A DNA stretch of 59,176 nt, filler included, from Sphacelaria rigidula (lineage: Eukaryota), in NCBI GenBank assembly GCA_964200075.2. It is 5 parts of 5 records of this genome, joined end to end, with 100 filler letters (N's around TTAATTAATTAA, not from the genome) between each part and the next. Parts side by side here need not be neighbours in the genome. Positions count along the whole stretch, not along the records: positions 47,423 to 59,176 come from CAXNAA020004549.1; 4 more parts are not named here. One strand, given 5' to 3'. Shown here in pieces: positions 48,948 to 59,176 of this stretch (positions within the stretch are counted from its first letter, which is position 1; every line of letters starts with the position of its first letter). The notes under the pieces were generated by a model, which had not been told where the DNA came from, ran no database searches, and saw nothing but the letters and a program-made list of their open reading frames with translations. The translations under genes and the position numbers were made by a program.

Positions 48948-51900
48948 ATATTGTATATCGAACACAGTGAGCTTATCGCACTGAAGAGGAACGCAGAATA
49001 ACTGTGATGGCCGAGATACCACAAGAGGAGGTTTTGAAAATGAAAAATACAGACGGGACAGCGCTAGATAAACAGCAGCACTGTACATCACAGTGCGCAA
49101 CAAGCGGAACACGCAGCACCCCGACGCGACTTGACCGGCGTAGACGCGTAGGGGGACAACGCAGCGAGTGCAGAAGGAATATTTCTTCTCGGTGCACTCG
49201 GTGGGATGTACATGGGAGCAAGTACATTGAAGAGCACCATCAAATGTGAAGTCTTGACGTATTCGCTGGTCATCCAGAGGAGGCTGGCAGCTCTACACAT
49301 GGCACAGTGTAATGCTTCAAATAAGATGTTACACGTCCCCAGGAAAAAGGGAATGTAGGCTTTTCGCATGCTACCGCGAGGAGACGACGGGAGATTCCAA
49401 TGGCGACACTTCCACAACACATGCAAAAAGCGAGTTTTACGGGAGGTGTCGGAGCCAACACAAAAGATGTCACGGTGCGTAGATGCACACACTGTTGTAG
49501 TAGTTCAGTCAGTGCAGTGCGAAAAACGACTGCTCAACCAGTTGCATAGATTTTATATAGACCCTCAGGAACGAATAACGGCTGCACACAAAATTGAAAG
49601 CGATCTATAACAGGGAGCACCGTACAAACGACGTCAGACATTAGCACAGGAAGTACAATAAGACAGCTCCCACGAGCATAGGGGATGGCATACACGCCTG
49701 GACTCGCAACCGTTGCACGTAACCACGACCAGACATGTGGTACCATTGTACTTGCATCTCGGGAGTCGTCGCTCATCGTTCTTCTTGATGGGCATGTCCA
49801 TCGAAATTGGCTGTGGCGTACGCAGGACTGATTGGTCGGCGACCTCATCCCTGTTGCCACGTTTTAAGCTCAATCTCCACTCTGTGCTGCTGCTTCTGCC
49901 TCCTCTCGATGGGCAAGAGTTTCGGACAATTTCTCGCCGCAGGGCTCAGACGTGGTGCAAGTCACCGTCATGCGCACTGTGAATGGTGGCCTTCGGTTCA
50001 TTATTGTGAATAGGGTCTACGACGCGATCGAGAATCTGAGGGACGGGGGTGAGAATGCTAGGCGCTCGACGGACAGTACCCTTGACTGTTGCAAGCTGTA
50101 AATGCGACACTGCTCTTTTCTCCCATCTGTTGGCTGGATTCGGCTTCCTCTCACATGTGTCCGGGTTCGTTTTCCAAAAGATGTGGGATTTCACTCTGAA
50201 GGCCCGGCGAACGCCGAATCTGTTTGCAAGACCGATACTGGTGGTCAAACACGGTACCCTGAGGGTGGATGTCGACACGGACGTGAACCTTCTGGCCACG
50301 ACATATTTTTCAGGCACGAAAACCCTTTTGCACAAGTCGCCGCGAGTCTGGGACATCTGTTCACCACATCCTGGCAGGACTTGGGGTCGTACTTGAACTA
50401 GGCGCCCCTGTGTATCACCACATCACATACGCACATGACTTCCGCTGGTGCTCAGACCTGGATGCCTGTAGAAGGTACGCTGATGAGTGTGACGCAGCAG
50501 TCGAATACTGGCGGGGGGGGGCTTTCGGAACATGGTGCTCACGGTGGACTTCAATGGCGCGGGTGGAGCGTTGAACCGGAAACGAGGACTCACCATAAAG
50601 GTGATTAAAAATCTGCGAGCAAAGGGGTGGGGAAGCTCGCATGGGACAAGCTTGTTTTTCACTTATCAAGCCACACTTGAGTTGATAGATCCGGGAACCT
50701 GCAAACCCTTAGATATTCATCCAAGCCGACAAAGGCGGCGCAAAGAACTCACAGATGCCGAGGGTGCCTCTGTTTGGGGAACTGCACCCTGAGCTACGGT
50801 TGCCAGGGCCACTGCTTCTTGCCGACTCCCACTGGTAATACCTGCGGCGGAAAAGCGGTGCACGCGGTCGATCTCATTATAAGAGAGGCGGATCCATAGC
50901 GAACGATGGAAGGAGTGGGTCCACGGCGTACCGTCGAAGGGGCGAGGTGAATAGAGTGAGCAACGCGTCAGGGGCAGCTGTTCATATGAGTCATGGTGAG
51001 GAGTCGTGCCGGTGCGACGGCGGGAGGATGGGCAGGGGGGGATCGGGTCCAGGACCAGATACGATCAGTTGCAATTGTTGCGACGGTGAACCAGATGGGG
51101 CCATCGGCCGCGGATCGGGGTGTTCAGCCTGGATCTGGATTGGAGATTCAGGTGCCAAATGTAGCGGGTCGGAGACAGAGGACTCGGCATCGGAGGTGGG
51201 CAACGGCCATGATGATTTCGTGTTTCGACTGCGCCTTGCTAAGAAGTTTGAAGGCATCCTCTCTGTAGATATATTACACGTCTATATCTGTACGATTCAA
51301 GGTTGTTTTCTGCAGGAGGGTATTTATCGGCCCTGCCTCGTGGCACAGTGTGGTGGTATTTCGTGTATGGTGCAGTGCGTGCCCTTGGAGGCCCAAGTGT
51401 ATGGGGGGTGGTCTGGTGACGCCCTTGAGCAAATCACTGGTTGTGCGCGAGGCTAAATATGAACTTCAATCGAACGAGTATAAAATTTAAATAATAAGAA
51501 TAATAAAATTAAATTAAATTAAAGATTGTTTGAGGATGGATGGTTGGATGGTTGATTTCTTTTTTTGAGCAAGGGAAAGACAATATATCGACGCGAAACC
51601 GCAAATCTGAACCGAACCATGTTATCGAACTTGACCGTTTCAAAAACTGTGCAGCATTACCAACGTACGCGTATCGACTCTGTTCGTCGGGTGGTATGGA
51701 TTGCGTTCTGCCAGCGAGCGAACTGCCGGGAATCATTGGTATGACAAATGTGCTGAACGCTGGGAAAAGACGTCGGTTGATGTCCTTCATCGTATATCTT
51801 TGACATGCTTCATACTGAACCATCTGTGCATCGAACCGTACGGTCGATGTGAACGCCTGTCTTTCAAATTACACGTCGGTGCCATTTCCGCTGTGTCACC

Positions 51901-52991
51901 CTTTTGATGCCGAGAGGATACGAGGTACGATCACGCTGACGACACAAGGAATCAGTACTGCGTGTGCGTGCGCGCGGTATATCTTGCGGGGCGATCCCTT
52001 GAGTACGCTACACCCGCCACCCCTGCGACAACAGCATGCGCATGTTCACAACGTTTTGCCTACCGCCTGGCAACATGGATGGTTGCATGAATGACTGCGC
52101 GATAAACGCGGCGCAATAATCGCCTGCTCATTTTGGATACCATCGATGATCTGATGCGCTTTCACACCGCATCTCACATGTTCTAACATCCCCCATCAAG
52201 ATGATAACATGTCGACACACACAACAGCTGCATAGATAAATCAAGTGGCTCTGTGTAGCTAAGGGGCATGCCTATCAGTCCTACAGGAGGTTCTGGCCGC
52301 GCAAACCCTTGCTGTAGATGAACATGCCAAGGTGAAATCAAGGTAATCTACAGCAACTATGTGCCATAATTCGGGGTTCGAGTGGTGCAATTTTGGTCTC
52401 GAACGATGGTTATTAGCCACCTGTACCTGTCTGTGGAGTTTTGGCTTGCTGACATTCGTGCAGTGCCAATCTTTGATCCAAATTCGATCGCTTGTCCGAG
52501 AGGCATATTGGAAAACGACTCTTTGACCTGCTTTGACTTGTAATAATACCCAAATTTGTCTGAGCTGCCCTGGGAGAGATATCTATCGCTGGTTTGTGCG
52601 CTGTACCCGGTAGAATTGAGTCAAACTCGTTAAGAACATAGCTTCAGAGGTATAATATAGCCATATATCAGTATTATTGGGGTATAGTGCTCCATCCAAC
52701 TCTTTGACTACGCCACGTCTTCATTTTTGGCGTGGTGGTGAAGAACGTGACACTACAGCGAGTGGGAGGGTTGCGCAGGATGAAGTATGACGATGTTTTC
52801 CTAAATAGAAAATGATCATCAAACCGCATATTGAAGCCGTTACTGGCAAAGATTCTTTTTGAGGCAATCAAGTCTCTGGAAGAAAGCAACATGTGTCGGG
52901 GCCAGACTAAGTCAGTACGCCTTGCCCAGCAGCACTTGCTTCCTCACGTGTAGTCCTCGGTACCCTCAACGTTTGTGATTACTCTACGATC

Positions 52992-55900
52992 ATGAAGATG
53001 GAGATGGCTGTAGCTCTTGCCTCCGTGGCCTCGGCGTGCGCGTTTGTCACGCCATCTGCTCTTCCGAGCAGGGTAGTTGCGCCCACCTCCTCGTCAACTC
53101 TTTCCATGGCGGCCAAGCCCGCACCAAAGAAGGGTCCGGTTTCCAAGGGATCTTCGTTTGAGTCAGCCATCGGTGCCCAGCCGCCTCTTGGATTCTACGA
53201 TCCGGCTGGGCTTTTGACGAACGCTGACCAAGAAAGGTGAGACATGAGGGAATGTCGAGTCGGAAGCGTACATTCCTTTCCCTGTGAGCTGCACCAAATT
53301 GTAACAGCGCGGAAGCAGTACCCCCAAACTATCTGGCTCTGTCGTTGTAGGACGTTTTCCATTTTCGTATCAGAGATGCTGTCGGTGCCTAACTACTGCT
53401 CGGCACCTCTACTTGAGGTGCAGCAACGTGGTAATGCATCGTCCCCAGCTCGTGTCACCCACTTCACAATTTGTTTTTGTACTGATGATCTTCTGTCGTT
53501 GTTGTACAGGGCTACTGACATGTCTGCGCGTACTGTACTGTGCCGCCAGAAGCACGGTAGTGTGTTGACGGTGTTTATCCACTCATGATTTCTTCATAAT
53601 TCTGACTCCGCGCTTAGCGCCGTTGTGTCATCGTGGTGTGTAGTAGCCGGTTGTACCTATTGTGGATGTATTTAGGTCTACATTTCGCACACATGGTACG
53701 GTCGTCCTCTCACATCTCCCGATGTCCTCCGTGTAGGTTTGAGCGTCTGCGTTACGTGGAGATCAAGCACGGTCGCATCTCCATGCTCGCGATCGCCGGG
53801 CACCTTATCCAACAAAACTTCCGTCTCCCCGGTGAGCAAGCACCTTTTGAAGTGAACAGTTCGTGGAGCGACTCGTGTGCCTCATGTTGACAGTGACTGA
53901 GCAAAACATACAGTCAGTGGTATAATCCCTCGTATAATGTGTCGTTCCCAGGTGCGAAGCAACCTTGAAGAGTTTTCCCTGTAGCAGTGCTCTGCTGCGT
54001 AAATATACAGGGACTGCGCGCCTACTGCGTCGATTGCATCGCATGGCTGTGCCGTACAGGCAGTACACGAAAGTAATTCGAGTCGAAAATGACGTCTTGT
54101 TTTCAGTGTACATATAACAAACATTTCAGCCGAGTACCTAGCAAGACTTGTGCTGCAGGAGGCTCTCAAGTCAATCTGTGCCAGGACAGGGTCACGCAGT
54201 ATCAGGTGTATTGTTGATTTCTCCGCTGTAGAAGAGAATCGCTCCCCGCTTCATGGGTGCATGGCACTTTCAAGAACGGTAACCAGGAAGCTCCATCGTT
54301 GCAAAGGTGGAGTGACGAAACAACAGGTCCCTTCTAACCCCCCGTGTTACCTGTTCACCTCGTACCGACTTTGCAGGGATGCTCTCGACGTCGGCCAACC
54401 TCTCGTTCGCTGACATGCCCAACGGTGTGGCCGCCTTGTCGAAGATCCCGACGCTTGGCCTCTTCCAAATCATTGCTTTCATCGGGTTCCTGGAGTTGGG
54501 TGTGATGAAGCAGAAGGAGGGCTCTTTCCCAGGGGACATGACTCTGGCGGGTGAGCCATACCAGTGGCGCAAGTGGTCTGATGAGGTCAAGGAGCAGAAG
54601 AGGGTGAGTGACTGTAGGGTGTCGTTCGCTAGTGTGGCTCTTGAAGTCACATTTGGGAGTGCATCAAAATGTACACGTGTACTGTAGTGTGCTACACCTC
54701 ATCTCCAGCTGCTCACTGCGTGTGCACATCAAAATGTCGAATTCGTACGAGCTGGGCCAGAGAGATCATTAAATGTTGTGCCCAGGCTTGGCTGTGGGTG
54801 ATTCGAGGAGCTGAGAAATTGATACTTTGATATTGACACTTGATATCAACAGTCGAAATGTGTCGGAGGATGCCAAAAAATAAGGAAAGTCGAGCGAATC
54901 ACGCATGAGCAAAACTGGACGAGGGCTAGCACTACGTGAAGATGAAATAAATCGGCGGCATCCACACTCGTTCTGTGTGGTGGCGCGCGGGAGATCCTGG
55001 TGGAATTTTGGCCAGAATTTCTCAAATTTGGGCGCAGCGGTGCACGGTCTTGTTTGACATTGGACCCCTCCACTGGAATCCGTGTGACCCAGGACACTCC
55101 AATCATGGAGGTCACGAGTTTGAATGCCGACACACGAGTTCGAATGCTGACTCTCATTATTTTTCGTTCGAAGTCATGAAATTTCAAAACTATTTTTTTC
55201 ATCCAGCGGCGGTGCCCACATTACCAGATCGGTCTGCAATTCACTGCGTTTCTCAAGTCGGGCATTTGATTATAACTATGAATTGGTGTAAAGTGCAGAC
55301 GCGGGGTCTACTGCTGGCCTGAGGTGCACATGGCGGCACCTTCCTACATCCGTATTTTTGCTCACTACTGAGGTGCCCATCCGAATGTCGTACCAAAACA
55401 GTTTTTGTTTAATACCCAAGCTGAACGTGACGCTGGTTTTTCCTTTGTTGCCCATGAAGGCGACGGTAGACGTGATTTCTCTACCTCACCCTTGACGCTA
55501 AGAATGAAGTAATCTTTTGTATACCCTAGTGTGCCAAATACTTTCACCTTGTTCAGGAAGCGAACAGTTTATCCATTGAACCAGTGAGCGCTCACGCTCA
55601 CTGGTTCAATGGATAAACTGTTCGCTTCCTGAACAACTCTACTGTGTCGAATAAACCGCCCATCATGTCTGGTTGGACATATGAATATCCCGTTGGAACA
55701 TGTTCGCTGACTATGTTCTCTTGGTTGCACAACCGAGAGAAAATTTCCACAAGCCTTTTTGTGTTTGACGTATGACTGTCGACAGTTCACCAACATCGAA
55801 TTGGAGAACGGGGTTGGATAGCGGGGAAGATTTCACCGATGAGGAGTTACGGTCCTCGAACCATCTGATGGTTGGCATTCAAGCCATGATTTCCGCCAGT

Positions 55901-56263
55901 ATCATTGACATTATGGATTATTAAACCAGTTTCATTTTCTTTTATTCCAGAAAAACCCGTTTCCACAGGTGAGGTGAAATAATCACATTACACGGGGAGA
56001 TGCCCACCTGTGGAGATCAAAAGGTGTAGAAGCGGCCGTTTTCCCTCGATGATGAGTGTCCAGGAACAACATCCGTGTCGGCTCTGGTTGAGTGATATTG
56101 AACATTCCTTCAATTTCTCGATTGCTCCTACCGGCAGGCGATCGAGCTCAACAACGGCCGCGCTGCGCAAATGGGGATCCTCGGCATGATGGCCCACGAG
56201 CAAATCTCGAACCAGCCTTACATCATTAACGATTTGCTGGGTGCCTCGTACACGTTCAACTAA
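52992..56263 (+). CDS. Fucoxanthin-chlorophyll a/c light-harvesting protein (LHCF-like), 230 aa; exons 52992-53236, 53737-53831, 54377-54603, 56138-56263
   Basis: All introns are GT-AG and the exons total 693 nt in frame. Signal peptide with an ASAFAP-like cleavage (ACA|FVTP). LHC motifs GFYDPAG, RYVEIKHGRISMLA, FIGFLE and IELNNGRAAQMG. Confidence 0.95.
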
Positions 56264-57986
56264 GCGTAGTTTCGTATAGTGTGGCGCAGCTGGACCAGGA
56301 AGCCGCATGGATAGCTTCGATATCCGAGACTACATGGAGTTGGCAAAAGCGGGAGAGGGATTGTCTGCCGTGACCCCAGGCCTTTACTCGGCCTTTTCTG
56401 TAATGGCAAACGCTGTCCTTTGGGGCACGCGTTTCATGCCAAAATCCTGGGAAAGGCGTGTTTAATTCGACACAGCTCAGAGCCCGCAGCGCTCAAGGCA
56501 ACGTCGATACTTGCAAATTTGTTTGTGGGCTTGGTCAATCCTGCATCACAGTGGCTTAGCAAGGTGATGTAGAGCGTGTCCTCGGGCTGTTGCCAATGAT
56601 CAGGGTTGGATATGTGACACGAGTGGGTTCCACGACTTGATGTATATTGCATGTTTTTTGACGGATGTAATGTGTTATCGTTTCCGAAGTTGTGTCGAGT
56701 GCGATGCGCCGGTGGCCCGTGCCGTTTGGATCATCAACCCCACGTGGTTTGATTTTGACGTGGTGTGGTCGCGATTCATCCTCATTCCAGGATACGTGCC
56801 TCGACGATAATGACCTACCCGGTGTCGAACAATCAACCCTAGTGGAAGCAAAATGAGCACAAATCAGGGATGAAGCATCTACACAAACGCGCGAACTCGT
56901 AACGAGCATTCAGTTGAAATGTTCCCAAAGAAGAAGCAGCTCGCACGTGTAAACTACGTTGAATTCATGCTAGGAGGCGGGGCGCAAGAATTTGGGCCGT
57001 CCTCCTGGACTACATTCCGTTTCAATCGCCGTTGGTATCAGTCAACAGTTGTTCGAAAGCTCCTTCTCGCGATGGAAAACGCTCGTTCATTACGCTTCAC
57101 ATCGGTTTGACTTGAGAAGCGCCCGTGAGTGTTTGAGGTCGCTTGACACATCGACCAGCATACTCTCCCGTGGAGTTGAAAACACCCCCACCCATTGTAC
57201 GGCTCGTCCAAAGTACACCTCTATCAACACGGACTACGACCGTTCGGTAATTGCCACGTCTCGTTCTCGTCCACTGATGTGGAGAAATTGAAGAGTTCAT
57301 GGGGGTAAATTTTGTGCCCTTCGGCGGAAATGGCCCCCCCTGAACTGAACCGAAACATCACGGATGACATCCCCACTCGTAATTGAACCAAGGTCGATCC
57401 CGTCATAGCCGAGCTCGCTTCCCACTCCCCCATCCAAGCTTACTTCAACTGGTATCTTGGCACGCAGTCCAGGCGTGGGGATGACAGTATATTGAGTCGC
57501 AAAGCTCATGAGGTAGCAACGGCGAATATGAACCCGGAACTCCTGCACCTATCTAAAGCGTAGCAGCAGAGGCGGGTAGGAGTAGCGTTCACCTTACCGC
57601 TACGAAGCGTGCTCCGGATCCATCGCTGTTGGGAGCCGATACGGACACAGTGGCCAAAAGAGCAAGGTGTTGATCCGGATCAGAACATGAATGCTAAGAA
57701 CGTTCCAGGTACCTCTTGACCTGTCCGACGTGTGCAATGTTTCAGAGATGGGCCATCTTCAACTTGTAGTGGACGGGCCGGAATGAGCGGAAGACGACGA
57801 ACGTCTTGATTTTTGTCCAACTTGACGCGAGGTAGCAGATTTCGTTGCGATGTTTTCGTGAGGTCGAAAGTAGAGGATACACGTGAGGGGGAGAAGCGGT
57901 GAATCAGTAAGTGAATCGTTTCAGTTCCGGAACGCTGACATGAGACCCGATATCCCTCCTGCAGTAATCGGCTACTGAGGCTCTTT

Positions 57987-58393
57987 ATATTCCTGAGGCC
58001 ATCTAGACTGAAGGAAAATCTGTCTGAAAATTGCCCTTTTGAACCTTTCGTTACGGACTGTTGGCGGAATACGGACCTTGACGGATTTGGCCTCCTCGGA
58101 AAGAATAGCTTTATTCACAAGGATTCCAGCGCGCTTGTCCGATATTCCGTACTGTTGACAACTCGACGGGTTTCAGCTTCCTGAAAACTCCAAAATCAGG
58201 CCACGAGAAGAAGTGTGAGAACGAAATATAGGACAAGCGTGCTGGAATTCTCTTGAAGGACACAGCAAATCTTTCCGAGGAGGCCAAATCCGCCCAGGCC
58301 CCCGTTCCGCCAATAATCCCTCATAAAAAGTTCAAGAGGGCAGTTTTCAGACAGATTTTTCTTCAGTCTGGAAGAAGAGGCCTGAGTAGGATA
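57987..58393. repeat. Fold-back element (~165-bp imperfect arms, ~65-nt spacer)
   Basis: AGACTGAAGGAAAATCTGTCTGAAAATTGCCC…GGATTTGGCCTCCTCGGAAAGA…CCAGCGCGCTTGTCC is mirrored at 58218-58393. Confidence 0.85.
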
Positions 58394-58602
58394 TCGTTCC
58401 CGACATTCCCACTGCGACACGCCAGTGATGGTTGCTTCTGTACAAATATTTTCCTACAGATTTTAATTATGGCTAATAATCCTGATGTGGAGTCCATATA
58501 TCGTCGAAAGTATCAAAAGTGAGACCAGGATTGACAGCATATTCTCCAAAATAGGATTGAACCACGTATCATCTGATGAGATTCAACTCAAAAGCAGTGT
58601 TT

Positions 58603-58900
58603 TCTCTGACCTATCGGCATGACAAATGACCTTCATATGGACGACCTCATCCCTCCCGACCTCCCTGAAACTGTTTCGGGGGGTTTCCAGCCTTCCGTTC
58701 CCCCGAAGGGGATGTTCGGAAGCTCGATCATTGGGCTAAAACGCGTCCTTTTTTTCACCCGAAACCGAGGTAAAAACATACATACCTACCCTTTCGTGGA
58801 ACGGAAGGTTTGAAATATCCCGAAATAGTTTCAGGGAGGTCGGGAGGGGGGAGTGTCGTCCACATGATGAGCATCATTCGCCATGACGTAGGGTCAGGGA
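58603..58900. repeat. Fold-back/MITE (~110-bp imperfect arms)
   Basis: CCCTCCCGACCTCCCTGAAACTGTTTCGGG…CCTTCCGTTCC is mirrored by GGAACGGAAGG…CCCGAAATAGTTTCAGGGAGGTCGGGAGGG. Confidence 0.85.
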
Positions 58901-59111
58901 ATAGGCGGATTTTCACACCTTGGAATGCCTTGCTGCTCGAGTACCTGTTGAGACCGTTTCAGCGCACCTGTCTGTTGTCCGTTTTTCCTGTGGCTGCAGT
59001 TTTTCTCTTGCGTTCAGACTTATATATTTTCCTCGGAGATCGCTCACTTTTGTCGGAGGCCGGCAAGGTCCAGATAAACTTGACAGATTTTAATGGATTT
59101 GATCAAGATTT

Positions 59112-59176
59112 CATACGTCGGACGAGCACGAGTGTCACTCGTGGCACTCGTGCTCGTTGGGCTGCTCGTTGGCCGA
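59112..59176. repeat. Terminus of the same hairpin-containing repeat as 23550-23612
   Basis: ACGAGCACGAGTGTCAC-TC-GTGGCACTCGTGCTCGT forms a 17-bp stem with one G-T pair. Confidence 0.85.

Noticed and set aside
49946..50356. piggyBac transposase
   Set aside because: Only a vague FTSV resemblance, with no catalytic motifs or TTAA-flanked TIRs found.
24837..56263. Functional cluster of kinase, TSR3/CDC20 and LHC genes
   Set aside because: They lie on different unlinked contigs.

Overview
Eukaryotic, intron-rich, transposon-rich genomic DNA, most consistent with a brown alga. This is inferred from a fucoxanthin-chlorophyll LHC gene with a bipartite plastid presequence, a stramenopile-type phosphagen kinase and an FNIP-repeat gene. 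The window is not one locus. It is five contigs of 11756, 11756, 11755, 11755 and 11754 bp, in length order, joined by identical 100-nt N44-TTAATTAATTAA-N44 spacers, so no linkage can be inferred across spacers. Contig 1: low-complexity exons of an unknown gene and a decayed 5'-truncated LINE. Contig 2: a Copia gag relic split by a MITE with an 8-bp TSD, a decayed FNIP-repeat gene (~35-40 x 66 bp) and a Tc1/mariner-like relic. Contig 3: two phosphagen kinase exons whose 7.8-kb intron holds a SINE>MITE>Copia nest. Contig 4: TSR3 head-to-head with an apparently intronless CDC20. Contig 5: a complete 4-exon LHC gene and several fold-back elements. The most novel-looking signal is a LINE family whose copies end in a C-rich or poly(C) tail instead of poly(A). 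Its two clean target-site duplications both begin with CCCCC, which suggests retrotransposition primed at G/C tracts. No prokaryotic-type system such as CRISPR is supported.
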